Assembly (NCBI GenBank): GCA_050250895.1
Contig: JBFWNU010000003.1
Location: 128,001 to 192,000 of the forward strand
Reading direction: 5' to 3'
Source of the DNA: Vulcanimicrobiota bacterium
GTDB taxonomy: Bacteria; Vulcanimicrobiota; Xenobia; Xenobiales; JADMJV01
DNA length: 64,000 nucleotides
The notes beneath the pieces are model-generated. The model was not told where the DNA came from, searched no databases, and worked only from the letters and a program-made list of their open reading frames with translations. The translations under genes and the position numbers were made by a program. Position 1 is the first letter of the stretch. Every line of letters starts with the position of its first letter. Of the stretch, positions 1 to 9,649 are shown piece by piece.

Positions 1-942
1 GGCGACCTGCCCGTATTCTTCGGGCTTTTTAGCCTCTTCCAGCACCCTGGCCACCAGCGCCGCTCGAGCGGCAGCGGTGACCTCGGTGCGATAAGGCAAG
101 GCGTTGGCCAGCACGGCGACGCGGGCCGCCTGGGGCACACCCTCGCTCAATCCGGCCGCAAAGCCGCACATCGAGGCATATTTCGGGTGAGCGGCCAGCA
201 CCGGCACCAGGTCTGACGATGGGTTGCCTGCCAGAGTGCCCTGGTGGAGCTGAAAAGCCCTCTGGGCCAGGCTCAGCTCTTCGGTGGCGGCGCGAAAAGT
301 CTCGAACTCTTGCAACTGTTGGCGATCGAAGCTGCCGTCTGGGCTCTCGTACCAGGCTTCGTCGGCCTTGCCGACCCAGGCCGGACGACCGGCCGCATTG
401 GCCTGGACATAGGCAGTAGTGGGCTTTTGCTGACTGCCGAACAGGCGATAGCCGTCACTTTCCAGGCTGGCCAGGGGATGGGAGCCGGTATAGAAGCGGT
501 GGACCTTTTCCAGTTCGTGACCATCAGCCACCACCAGCGGCAGGCCTGCTCGCATCAGGGTTAGTTCCTTCAGGCCGTGGGCCGGATCGGTAAGGCTATT
601 GTAGGCGCCATAGAGCCCCACCTCGGCGCTGGTTCCGTCGAGCTTCGCGTGAAAGCGAAAGCCTTGCCCGGCCAGCTCTTCGAGCTTGCTAGCCAGCCCC
701 TTCTGGGTCGAGTTGACGGTCAGGTTTTGGACTTCGCCCAGGTCTTCACTGGTGCGCAGCGGCAGGCGCACCTGGCTGTCGGGTGGCTGCACCAGCAGTT
801 TGTCGGTGTTGGGGTGGCTGCCGAGATACTGCTCGACCTGAGCGGGAGCGACCTCCTTATAGGCGTCCATCAGCCAGGGCACGTAAAATGCCTTCTTCTG
901 GAAAAACCGGACCTGGCCCGGGTCCTGTGGGTTGATCCTCAC
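1..942 (-). CDS. hypothetical protein, runs off the window's left edge (MRINPQDPGQVRFFQKK...)
   Basis: Manual translation gives an open minus-strand frame from GTG at 942 to position 1 with no stop, so it is absent from the ORF track; CACAAT lies 6 nt upstream of the GTG. Confidence 0.7.
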   Translation of the reverse strand, partial: MRINPQDPGQVRFFQKKAFYVPWLMDAYKEVAPAQVEQYLGSHPNTDKLLVQPPDSQVRLPLRTSEDLGEVQNLTVNSTQKGLASKLEELAGQGFRFHAKLDGTSAEVGLYGAYNSLTDPAHGLKELTLMRAGLPLVVADGHELEKVHRFYTGSHPLASLESDGYRLFGSQQKPTTAYVQANAAGRPAWVGKADEAWYESPDGSFDRQQLQEFETFRAATEELSLAQRAFQLHQGTLAGNPSSDLVPVLAAHPKYASMCGFAAGLSEGVPQAARVAVLANALPYRTEVTAAARAALVARVLEEAKKPEEYGQVA

Positions 943-1080
943 CTGCCCATTGTGGTCGGTGGGGCTGAAACTTTCCTGAAGGGCGTGGCGGCCGGGCTGG
1001 TCGGCGCGGGCCCGATGGATAAACCGCAGAGTTTAGGAGGCGCGGAGAGAGGAGGTCGGTCTATCGCGGCATGGTGACTT

Positions 1081-1341
1081 TTGGACTCCGGGCGCGGGCA
1101 CTCTTTCGACAACGTGGTCACCTATCTGCCCGCCGAGAAGGTGCTCTTTGGAGGCTGTCTGCTGAAAGCGCGGGGGGCCGGCAAAGGCAACCTGGCCGAT
1201 GCCGACGTGGCCGCCTGGCCCACCACCGTGGCCGCCGTGCGCCAGGCCTTTGCCGAGGCCGAGTTCGTGGTGCCCGGTCACGGCCGCTGGGGAGGACCCG
1301 AGTTGCTCGACTACACCATCGAGATGTTCTCCCAGCCTTAG
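1081..1341 (+). pseudogene. C-terminal fragment of a subclass B1-type metallo-beta-lactamase
   Basis: GHSFDNVV, LFGGCLLK, GNLADA and VVPGHG match the His196/Cys221/His263 region of B1 MBLs; the HxHxD motif and signal peptide are absent. Confidence 0.75.
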
Positions 1342-1342
1342 C

Positions 1343-1360
1343 CCCTGGCTTCGGCCAGGG
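1343..1360 (+). terminator. stem-loop after the MBL fragment
   Basis: ccctggc-ttcg-gccaggg (UUCG loop) 1 nt after the stop; no clear U tract. Confidence 0.4.
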
Positions 1361-1529
1361 CCTCCGGTGGGAGCCGGAGGAAAAATAGGAAGGGAGGCAG
1401 TCCCATGCGTTTGCGACGTCGTCGTGACTGCTCTCCCCTGGGCGGGATCATCACCCTCGGTTTGATCACCTCTCGATGAGGTAATTTGGGGTTGTCCTGG
1501 GCGGCGGTCGAGGGCTGTCGCCCCTCTCC

Positions 1530-2063
1530 TTATTGCCGAATGTAGGCGTCGACCTGGTTGGCCATCTTGTCGGCGGTCTTGGCGCGGTTGATGCTGACGT
1601 CCTGGATGATTTCGAAGATCTTGGTCTGAACGTCCTGTTGGATCTTCCAGCGCTGGGCCTGCTGCTTTTGGGCGTCGGCCTGGATCTGCGCCTGGATGGT
1701 CAGCACCTGCTGGATGGCCTGTTCTTGCGCCTGGCGGCGGCTGGCCCAGAGCGTCATGAGCGACTCGGGTGAGGCGCCCGACTGCATGGCTTGCAGCATC
1801 ATCGGGTCCATCCCGCCAAAGCTCTGGAGCATCGAAAGCATCGAGGGGTCTGCCCCGGGCAACTGGGGCAGGTTGAACGAGCGCAACGCGTCGATGTTGC
1901 CGAGGGTGTTGCCGAAGTAGGGGCGGTAGGCTCCCACCTGGCTGGGGTCCATTCCCCCCAGCAGGTCCATTTCTTCAACCAGGGCTCGCACCTCGGCGGC
2001 GCGTCCGCTGGCCTCCAATCCGGCGGTGGTCAAACTTCTGAGAGGCAGTCCCTGAACGTCCAT
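1530..2063 (-). CDS. hypothetical protein with Gln-rich helical C-terminus
   Basis: 177 aa ORF with normal codon usage; C-terminal RWKIQQDVQTKIFEIIQDVSINRAKTADK. Confidence 0.8.
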   Translation of the reverse strand: MDVQGLPLRSLTTAGLEASGRAAEVRALVEEMDLLGGMDPSQVGAYRPYFGNTLGNIDALRSFNLPQLPGADPSMLSMLQSFGGMDPMMLQAMQSGASPESLMTLWASRRQAQEQAIQQVLTIQAQIQADAQKQQAQRWKIQQDVQTKIFEIIQDVSINRAKTADKMANQVDAYIRQ

Positions 2064-2279
2064 CCTGCTAAGCTTCCTTCCGAGAACTACTCTTCTATCG
2101 CGACAAGCTGGTTCAGAGTAAAGGGGCTTTTGTTGTTAAATTTTTGCAGCAGTCTGAATCTTTGGATTGCTTTTGTTTTGCTTGTTGGCCTCGTGGCTTT
2201 TTTGTGATCAGTTTTTGGTGTTTGGGAGTCGGGCTTGGGTTTTCGTGGGAGCACCGGGCAGGGCCGGTGAGCAGCGGGC

Positions 2280-3485
2280 TTAGCTTTCTTGCGACCAGAG
2301 AGCGGCCAACTCCAGCAGCACGTCGACGGCCGACTCCATCTCTTCGAGACACGCGAACTCGAGGCGCGAGTGGAAGTTGTGCATGCCGGTAGCCAGGTTG
2401 GGGGTGGGCAAGCCCTTTTCGCTCAGCTTGCTGCCGTCGGTGCCACCGCGGACCGACGAGAACTTCGGCTCGACTCCGCAGGCTTCATAGGCTTTAGAAG
2501 CGAGGGCCACGGCCCGGGGCTCTTTGGAGAGATACTCGGCCATGTTGCGATACTGTTCGCGCACGGTGATGTCGATGCGCGAGCCGGCGTGGCTGGCGGC
2601 TACTTTCTCGGCCGTCTCGCGCAGCAGCGCTTCTTGCGAGCGCAAGTCGCTGGCCTCGAAGCTGCGCAGGAGGATCTTGATTTTGACCTGCTCGACCCCG
2701 CCCTCGATGGTATAGGGGTGGACGAATCCCTCGCGGTCACGGGTGCGCTCGGGCGACAGATCGGGGGGCAGGGCGGCCAGGAAGGCTCCGGCCACGCGCA
2801 GGGCGTTGACCATGCGGTCATAGGCGAGTCCCGGGTGGATGTTGACTCCGGTTACCACCACCTCGGCCAGGTCGGCCGAGAAGGTCTCGTTCTCGATGAC
2901 TCCCGCTCCCTCGCCGTCGAGGGTGTAGGCGGCGGTGGCGCCGATGGCGTCCAGGTCGAGGTGCTCGGTGCCGCGCCCGATCTCTTCGTCGCAGGTGAAG
3001 ACCAGGCGGACCGGCCCCCGCGGTTTGTTCTCGGCCAGCAGCCGCGCGGCGGCCGTCATGACCACGGCTACGCCGGCTTTGTCGTCGGCGCCCAGGAGGG
3101 TGGTGCCGTCGGTGGTGATGATGGTCTTGCCTTGATAGGCGGGCGCTTCGAGCACGGCGGCGGGGTTGGCCGCCAGGGGCAGCTTGCCTCCGTCATAGTC
3201 GCGCACCACCTGGGGTTTGACCCCGGCGCCGCTGGCTTCGGGCGACGTGTCGAGGTGGGCCAACCAGGCGATGGTGGGGGCGTTGGGATGGGTGGCCGGA
3301 ACGGTGGCCATCACGATGCCCCGGTCGCTGACCGTTACGTCCTGCAGGCCGAGCTGGCGCAGCTCGTCGGCCAATAGGCGACCGAGTTCGAACTGGCCGG
3401 GCGAGCTGGGATAGTCGGTGGTGTCTTCGTTGGCGGTGGTTTCGACCTGGACGTAGCGACAAAAGCGCTCGAGTAGCTGATTCAT
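2280..3485 (-). CDS. pepT: peptidase T (M20B tripeptidase)
   Basis: AHLDTS, TDGTTLLGADDKAG, FTCDEEIGRG, VNIHPG, RGGTDG and HNFHS motifs. Confidence 0.93.
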   Translation of the reverse strand: MNQLLERFCRYVQVETTANEDTTDYPSSPGQFELGRLLADELRQLGLQDVTVSDRGIVMATVPATHPNAPTIAWLAHLDTSPEASGAGVKPQVVRDYDGGKLPLAANPAAVLEAPAYQGKTIITTDGTTLLGADDKAGVAVVMTAAARLLAENKPRGPVRLVFTCDEEIGRGTEHLDLDAIGATAAYTLDGEGAGVIENETFSADLAEVVVTGVNIHPGLAYDRMVNALRVAGAFLAALPPDLSPERTRDREGFVHPYTIEGGVEQVKIKILLRSFEASDLRSQEALLRETAEKVAASHAGSRIDITVREQYRNMAEYLSKEPRAVALASKAYEACGVEPKFSSVRGGTDGSKLSEKGLPTPNLATGMHNFHSRLEFACLEEMESAVDVLLELAALWSQES

Positions 3486-3520
3486 GCCGGCCCCTTCGCA
3501 GGCGGGCGGGCCAGGGCCTC

Positions 3521-3952
3521 TCAGAACATCAGCAGAGGACCGTTGACTCCGGCGCTCATCACGGTGGCTCCGGTCGAGGTCTTGTCGACTTCGATCAGTT
3601 CAGGCGGCGGAGGTGGCGGCGGGTCTTCGAGCGGTAGGGGCGACCGAGCGTCAAGTCGGCCGGCGAGCATGTCGAGTTCTGAGGGAGGGGCGGGGCGAGC
3701 GTCAACTCGGCCGGCCAGCATCTCGAGAGTCGAGATGCCATTGGGGTCGGGCGCCGGGATCGGGGGCACTTCCAGAAAAGGCTCGGGAGGCGGGGAGCTG
3801 TAGGCTGACGGTGTGTAGGTCTCGCCCACCGGCTCGGGTGGAGGTGGTGGCGGAGGTTCGGGAGGGGGCGGGGGAGGCGGAGGGGGCGTGTAGGCCCGCA
3901 CGTTCTCGTGGCGAGTGTTGAGAATTCTTGCCTCGAAGCCACCGAATGCCAT
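3521..3952 (-). CDS. proline-rich hypothetical protein
   Basis: 143 aa; poly-Pro tracts; duplicated LEMLAGRVDAR/LDMLAGRLDAR. Confidence 0.65.
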   Translation of the reverse strand: MAFGGFEARILNTRHENVRAYTPPPPPPPPPEPPPPPPPEPVGETYTPSAYSSPPPEPFLEVPPIPAPDPNGISTLEMLAGRVDARPAPPSELDMLAGRLDARSPLPLEDPPPPPPPELIEVDKTSTGATVMSAGVNGPLLMF

Positions 3953-3989
3953 GAGTCCAGGATTCTCGCTCGAGCGGGATGTTCCTGGC

Positions 3990-4793
3990 TCACAGGCAAG
4001 ACAGCACGTAGGTCGGAGTGATGGCCTGGCTGGGGCCAGAGCTGACTCCGGTCAGTACCAGAGCGCTATCGAGGCCGGCTGCCCGGGCACCCTGGATGTC
4101 GGTCTCGAGCTGATCGCCCACCACCAGCGCCTGGCGGGTGCCAGCGCGTTCGATGGCCATTTGATAGAGGGCCGGCGAGGGCTTGCCCAGCCGCTCGAAA
4201 GTGGGAGGGTCGGGGTAGCGGCGGGCCAGGGCGGCCTCGAGCATCAGCGCCATGGCGCCAGCCGTGAAACCGAATCCACCCTGGCGGCGAGGATAGACCA
4301 GGTCGGGGTTTGGCACCACCAGGTGAGGACGCCGGCCGGAGTCGAGGGCGGCCACCAGTTGGCTGAGCAGCTCGTCCATGGATTCGAGAAAGTCGAAGCC
4401 GCGTTCATCGCCCAGCACCACCACCTCGAAGGGCTGGCCAGGTGCGACCGGGCTGCCTCCGGCCAGTTCGACGTAGCGCCGGCTGTCGTCGGGGCCGAGC
4501 ACCAGGCTGGGCGCGCCGGCCAGATCGTGGCGGGCAAAGTAGTCGGCCAGTAAAAGGCCCGACGTCAGGATGCGCTCGGGCTCGACCTCGAGGCCGCGCT
4601 CGAGAAAGTGGCGCGACGAGGTCTCGGGGGTCTTGGACGCGTCGTTGGTGATGATGTAGAACGCCTTGTCGCGAGCCCTCAGTTGGGACAGCAATTCGGC
4701 CGCGCCGGGAATGGGCCCGGCCGCGTCCACCAGCACGCCGTAGGCGTCCAGGAAAAGCGCCTGGTAACGGTCGAGCAGCTCGACGAGGGTCAC
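3990..4793 (-). CDS. HAD-IIA family hydrolase (NagD-like)
   Basis: FLDAYGVL, ITND, NPD, LGKPS and VVGDQLETDI motifs. Confidence 0.9.
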   Translation of the reverse strand: MTLVELLDRYQALFLDAYGVLVDAAGPIPGAAELLSQLRARDKAFYIITNDASKTPETSSRHFLERGLEVEPERILTSGLLLADYFARHDLAGAPSLVLGPDDSRRYVELAGGSPVAPGQPFEVVVLGDERGFDFLESMDELLSQLVAALDSGRRPHLVVPNPDLVYPRRQGGFGFTAGAMALMLEAALARRYPDPPTFERLGKPSPALYQMAIERAGTRQALVVGDQLETDIQGARAAGLDSALVLTGVSSGPSQAITPTYVLSCL

Positions 4794-5791
4794 GGACCGC
4801 CCACCAGTTTGGCCTGTTCATTGGCCCAGGTTTTCAGCCAATCCGCGGGTTGGGCGGCCAGGGCCGCGCGATAGCTCTCCAGGGCCACTTGGGGGCGGCC
4901 CAGGCGGCGAGCCAGCTCGCCTCGCAAGTAGAGTAGATTGGCTCGGGAGGGGCCCTCGGCTTCGGGGGTCTCGAGGCCCGCTTCGAGTAGCTGCAGCACG
5001 CGTTCGAGATAGCTGCGCTCGTGGGCGATGCTGGCCGTGACCTGCTGCTCGAGTTGGGGTTGACGCATGGCCGCAACCAGGCGCGGTAGGGCCTGTTCGA
5101 GTTCACTCAATTCCCCGTGGGTGCGGAGCAAGAACCCCGCCAGGGTCGCCTGAGGACCGCTCAGCTCGGGCCCGGCCAGTAGCTGGCGGGCCATCTCGAC
5201 TTCGATGTCGGCCCGCCCCGCCTCGGTGTCGGGCTCGAGCGCTTGCAGGGCCGTCTTCCACTCTTCTTCTGAGAGCTGCCCGGCCAGGGGCGTGAAGGGG
5301 TTGTCCTCGAGGCGCACCGACCAGGCCGCGCGGTGAAGGAAGAGGGCCTGGGTCAGCACCGGGTCGTCCACCAGTTTGGATTGCTGAGCCATCAGGTCCC
5401 AACGCGCCCAGGCCGGCAGGCTCTGAAGCGAGTCGAGCCCTTCGGTGAAATAGGCGCGGGAAGGCCCGTTGGGAGTGATCGGTTGATGCTCGGGAAGCTT
5501 GAGTTCGGTCAGTCGCTTGAGCAGTTCGGGCGGGACCGGTTCTTCGAACAGCGAGGCATCGGACACGGTGTAGTGGCACTTGGGACAGGTGGCCGGCGTC
5601 AGCAGCAGGGCGAAGCCTCCGGCCGGGCGCTCGAGAAAGTCACGGTCCATTCCCCCGGCGTTGTTGCTGGTGTAGAGCACGGTCACGCTGACTTGCGTGC
5701 CGCAGGCTGGACAGGTCGCCTCTTCGACAGCCCCGGTGGTGGCCCAGGCGGGAAGCCACAACACCAGTAGTACTAGGAGTTTCCTCAACAT
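4790..5791 (-). CDS. exported DUF2225-like Zn-ribbon/TPR protein
   Basis: Signal peptide; CPACG and CPKCHY; HRAAW; C-terminal TPR-like YLRGELARRLG. Confidence 0.7.
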   Translation of the reverse strand: MLRKLLVLLVLWLPAWATTGAVEEATCPACGTQVSVTVLYTSNNAGGMDRDFLERPAGGFALLLTPATCPKCHYTVSDASLFEEPVPPELLKRLTELKLPEHQPITPNGPSRAYFTEGLDSLQSLPAWARWDLMAQQSKLVDDPVLTQALFLHRAAWSVRLEDNPFTPLAGQLSEEEWKTALQALEPDTEAGRADIEVEMARQLLAGPELSGPQATLAGFLLRTHGELSELEQALPRLVAAMRQPQLEQQVTASIAHERSYLERVLQLLEAGLETPEAEGPSRANLLYLRGELARRLGRPQVALESYRAALAAQPADWLKTWANEQAKLVGGP

Positions 5792-5898
5792 GCCGCTGAC
5801 TTCACTGCCAAGGCGGCTTCCCCTCCGCCCCGTCCTGGCAACAAACCTGACATAAAACGTGAGCAGATCGTTAACATGCCCGAACTAGGGTAGCACCT

Positions 5899-6090
5899 AT
5901 GAACTCTGCTCTTTGTGAACCAACCGTATATCGTCTTGAGGAGTTTCGGGTGATTTGCGCCTGGTGCCACTCCATCATCCAGTCTCCGACCTGTTGTCGT
6001 GGCGAGGTGCCCGAGTCTCACGGCGTGTGCCGCCGCTGTGCCATCAACATGGGCCTGCCGGCCCATTTGCTCGACCGTCAGTCCGCCTGA
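5899..6090 (+). CDS. small putative zinc-binding protein
   Basis: ICAWCH...SHGVCRRC motif; 63 aa. Confidence 0.6.
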   Translation: MNSALCEPTVYRLEEFRVICAWCHSIIQSPTCCRGEVPESHGVCRRCAINMGLPAHLLDRQSA

Positions 6091-6653
6091 AGGGGGACCT
6101 CGATCGCGTTGATCGAAAGCCAATCGGATTCCAACTGAAAGTCCACCTCACGCGGGGACGCCACGAGCTCTTCTACCTTGCCGCGATTCTCCTGGTGATA
6201 GCGCTCCAGGTTGTCGGCGAAGTGGCCGGGATCTTGCATGAACATCGTCACGCAGAAGTGGCGATTGTCGTAGGGACCCAGATGCTCCGAAATCTCTTTC
6301 ATGGTGGCCAGGGCGTTCCTGGGGGCGTCGATGTACTTGCGCTCGCGTTCGAACGGAATCAGGCGCTTGTAGTCTTCGACCAGGTCGGCCATCGGCTCGC
6401 CCGGGCGGCGCAACTCGGCCAGCGCCGGAAAGCTGCGGTTGACGGCGCTGGTGGGACAGGCAGTGTGGCGCTTTTCCTCTTCGAAGAGATCGACCATCAC
6501 CTTGCTCATCTCGACCACATCGTCGCCGGGCTGCATGGACGATTCGACCACTCCCAGATGGGTCTGTTCGACCCCTACGCACTCCCAGAATTCGCCCCGG
6601 CGGGCGATGGTCGAGAGCACTTCGATGGCCGGATTCTTAGGAGAGACTCGCAT
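6078..6653 (-). CDS. hypothetical protein
   Basis: 191 aa; normal codon usage; TAGGCT 6 nt upstream of the ATG. Confidence 0.75.
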   Translation of the reverse strand: MRVSPKNPAIEVLSTIARRGEFWECVGVEQTHLGVVESSMQPGDDVVEMSKVMVDLFEEEKRHTACPTSAVNRSFPALAELRRPGEPMADLVEDYKRLIPFERERKYIDAPRNALATMKEISEHLGPYDNRHFCVTMFMQDPGHFADNLERYHQENRGKVEELVASPREVDFQLESDWLSINAIEVPLQAD

Positions 6654-6693
6654 GGGCCTAGCCTAGCCGCTCGCCCTCAAAGAAAGTCGAAAT

Positions 6694-7962
6694 TCAGCCC
6701 AAGCCGAGCCGCTGCTTGATGTGTTGGCGCAGGGCCGCGCTCGAGGCTTCGCCCGGGTCGGTCAGGTTCTTGAACTGACCTAAGATGGCCAGACCCAGCG
6801 GAATGGACACCGGGGTGCCCAGACCAGCGATCAGGTAAAATCCACCCGCCTCGGGATCACCGGCGTGGGCAAAGCAATAGACCGAAATGGCCGTGGCTAG
6901 AGCAATGGCCGCGGCGATGGGTAAACAGCTGATATGCGAATTGGGCTTGACCCGTTCGCGGGTGGCATCCAACAGGTTGACCGAGGCCAGCACCATCTTC
7001 TTGAGTTCGGGCAGGCAGTCGAACAACTCTTGCGTTTTGGCCCGTAGTTCGGGCCCGTCGAGCACCTGCATGCCGGTCAGATCAGTCTTGAGTTCATCGA
7101 CCGAAAGCACCGCTTGCAGCCCAGGAATAGGAGCCTCGACGGTCTTGGTGTCGACCCAGACTCCGGCCTGGACCAGATGGATTTCGGCGGTATCCTCGAG
7201 CGCTGCGCGCATGGTCAACCAGCGATCGCTGTTAGCTCCGTCGAGGCGACGGGTGAGCGGGGCAAGGGTGTCGGCCGGGGGCAGATCCAGGCGGTGCTCG
7301 GCTGCGGCCGGGCGCCATTCGGCCAGCACATAGTCACCTTCGAGATGCTGCAGATGGCGGCGCGGCTTATAAGGGGGAAAGCCTCCGCCCGGTAGCACCG
7401 CGCCATCGACCAGGATGGGCAGCGGCAGGTAGCGGCAGCGGGTCCGAAGCGCTTCCATCTCGGCTCCCCGATCGCGTTTGGGCAAATCCAGGCGAATCTC
7501 CATATAGGGGCCTTTATGGATGGTGGCCAGGGGCTCGAGCTTCATCTCGTTGGCATCCACCGTCAGGGCCTTGGATTGGCCCTCGCTATCGGTCAAAAAG
7601 AGATAGCCCTTACCGCCCTGGGCCAGGGCCGCGTTGAGGGCGATCAAGAGACAACCCGCCGGCGTGAAGGCGTCGCTGCCCAGCGGATTGCACAACCCTT
7701 CGGCTACCTGCTGAAGGTCGGAGTTGGACCAGCCCGGCAGCTGGACGACCAGTTCGCTACGCAGACTAAGTTGAACCTCGCGGCAGTCGGCCAGCACGGC
7801 CGCCTGCATCAGCTTGAGCAGATAGTCGGTGGGACGAGCCAGTTGAAACTTGGCCAACTTCTCGCGCGCTTTGCGAAAGTCGACGGTGAAGCGTCCGCTC
7901 GACTCGAGCTGGGCTCCGCCTTCGCTGGTCTGTTCGGCGATGTATTTCTGCAGTTCGCTCAT
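6694..7962 (-). CDS. hypothetical membrane protein with a conserved N-terminal 'SSGRFTVD..KAREKLAKFQL' domain (possibly degenerate GHKL/HSP90-like)
   Basis: Start reassigned to MSELQKY, which overlaps the upstream stop; two C-terminal TM segments; N-terminus paralogous to 17056..18861. Confidence 0.7.
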   Translation of the reverse strand: MSELQKYIAEQTSEGGAQLESSGRFTVDFRKAREKLAKFQLARPTDYLLKLMQAAVLADCREVQLSLRSELVVQLPGWSNSDLQQVAEGLCNPLGSDAFTPAGCLLIALNAALAQGGKGYLFLTDSEGQSKALTVDANEMKLEPLATIHKGPYMEIRLDLPKRDRGAEMEALRTRCRYLPLPILVDGAVLPGGGFPPYKPRRHLQHLEGDYVLAEWRPAAAEHRLDLPPADTLAPLTRRLDGANSDRWLTMRAALEDTAEIHLVQAGVWVDTKTVEAPIPGLQAVLSVDELKTDLTGMQVLDGPELRAKTQELFDCLPELKKMVLASVNLLDATRERVKPNSHISCLPIAAAIALATAISVYCFAHAGDPEAGGFYLIAGLGTPVSIPLGLAILGQFKNLTDPGEASSAALRQHIKQRLGLG

Positions 7963-8768
7963 GGCTTGCTCCGGGCGGCGGCCAGCAGGCGCTGGTTGGC
8001 GATCTTGGCCAGCGCGCGTTTGAGCGGCCGCTGGTTGCCGGTGGTCTCGAGCCACTCGAGCACCTGCTTGTGATTGCTGCGGTCGACGTAGTTGGCCGTC
8101 AGGGCCACGCCGGTTTCGACGTGACGGGTCTGATGCCACCAGGCGCTCGGGGTGAACATCAACTCGCCCGGGGCGACGGTGGCCATCCAGGGTGTGGCCC
8201 GGGCGTAGCGCGGAAATTTCTTGTGGTCGGGAGCAAAAGCGTCGACCTCGCCCCCGTAGAGATACGGCGTGTCGTCGGGCGCGAAGAAGACCCACTCTTT
8301 GCTGCCCGACAGCTGAACGTTCCAGGCGCTGGTCATGCCCACATCTTGATGCATCTTAAAGCCCGAGCCGGCCGGGCCCATGAAGATCCACATCAGCTGA
8401 TAGCGCAGCTCTTCGGGCACCTCGGCCAGCCAATCCTCGGCGAAGTACTCGGGCACGGTGAAGTCGTCGAGCAGCTCGGGCAGGCCGTCTTGGAACGACC
8501 AGCTGGCCAGATACAACATCCGCTCGTCGGGCGCCTCGAGATAGGCCACATAGTCCTTCAAAGCCATGGTAACCTTGTCGCGGTTGGGGCCGGCGCTGGG
8601 AGTCAGGATCACTTCTAACTCGGGTTGGCGCCGGGCCAGTTCGGCCGGCGTCCAGGCGCGGGCCGGCCAATCCTCGGCCAGGCCGGTCAAGACCACGGGT
8701 TTGCCAGGCTTGGCATAGTCGCGGTAAAACTCCTCAGGGTCCGGTCGGTGAAGGCGCTGGATTTCCAC
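7959..8768 (-). CDS. JmjC/cupin-like Fe(II)/2-oxoglutarate oxygenase
   Basis: KPVVLTG..WPA..WT; GPAGSGFKMHQD (HxD); PGELMFTPSAWWH. Confidence 0.88.
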   Translation of the reverse strand: MEIQRLHRPDPEEFYRDYAKPGKPVVLTGLAEDWPARAWTPAELARRQPELEVILTPSAGPNRDKVTMALKDYVAYLEAPDERMLYLASWSFQDGLPELLDDFTVPEYFAEDWLAEVPEELRYQLMWIFMGPAGSGFKMHQDVGMTSAWNVQLSGSKEWVFFAPDDTPYLYGGEVDAFAPDHKKFPRYARATPWMATVAPGELMFTPSAWWHQTRHVETGVALTANYVDRSNHKQVLEWLETTGNQRPLKRALAKIANQRLLAAARSKP

Positions 8769-8848
8769 TCTGATGGGTTCTACGCCGCCCCGGCCACTCC
8801 CGCTTCGCCCGACCAGGAGGTCGGCTCGGCGCCAGCCAACAGTGGGGC

Positions 8849-9649
8849 ATGCGAAGGCTCTTGCTCGTCTTGTTATTGCTCACCACACCGGCCCTGGCCC
8901 AGGTCGATCTGTCCGGGAAAATGGTCTTGCTGGTGGTTACCGATGAGCGCGAGGACGCTCAGGCCAAGCAGCTCGAAGCTCCTCTGCTCAGGCTGCGAGA
9001 GCGCCTGGGCCTGTCCAAGAGCGAGCTGCCCTTCGTGTTCATGGGCTTTCAGGACCCCCTCATCGACCGCTCGGTGTTTGGGCGTCTCGGCTTTTCGGTC
9101 TCGCAGAACCCGGTGGTCTGCGTAGTCCGCTGGGGAACTCCGGCCTCGGCCGGGCCCAGCCATGTGGTCAACGGGGCCATCCGCCGCCAACTCTCCAAGA
9201 ATCCCGAACCGGCTCTGGTGGGGCTGTTGCGCGATTGGCTGCAAGGCACCGACCGGGCCGAGCTGGCCACCCGCCTGCCGGGACCGACCTTCGGGAAGCT
9301 CTCGCTCAAGCAGCTCGATGTGCAGGCTCACGGCGAGCCCCTCAACCTGATGACCCTGACCACCCAACTCATTAACGACAGCTCGGCCGCCTCGCGACCG
9401 GTTTCGCTCGAGTTTCGCGTTCAGACCAATCCGGATGAGCCCTGGAGCACGGTGGCGCTCTTCTCGATCGGGGCGGTCAAGCCGGGCGCACTGGCCAAGA
9501 AAGGCACGGTGGTCTCGCTCAAGGACTATCCCGAGTTGGTTCGCGACGGCCAGGTGCTCGACTTTAAAGGCCGGTTGCTGATCGAGTCCGAGACGATCTT
9601 CGAAGGCAGTTTTGTCCAGGGCCACTGGCAACCACAGGAGGACGAATGA
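8849..9649 (+). CDS. exported hypothetical protein
   Basis: Signal peptide MRRLLLVLLLLTTPALA. Confidence 0.75.
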   Translation: MRRLLLVLLLLTTPALAQVDLSGKMVLLVVTDEREDAQAKQLEAPLLRLRERLGLSKSELPFVFMGFQDPLIDRSVFGRLGFSVSQNPVVCVVRWGTPASAGPSHVVNGAIRRQLSKNPEPALVGLLRDWLQGTDRAELATRLPGPTFGKLSLKQLDVQAHGEPLNLMTLTTQLINDSSAASRPVSLEFRVQTNPDEPWSTVALFSIGAVKPGALAKKGTVVSLKDYPELVRDGQVLDFKGRLLIESETIFEGSFVQGHWQPQEDE

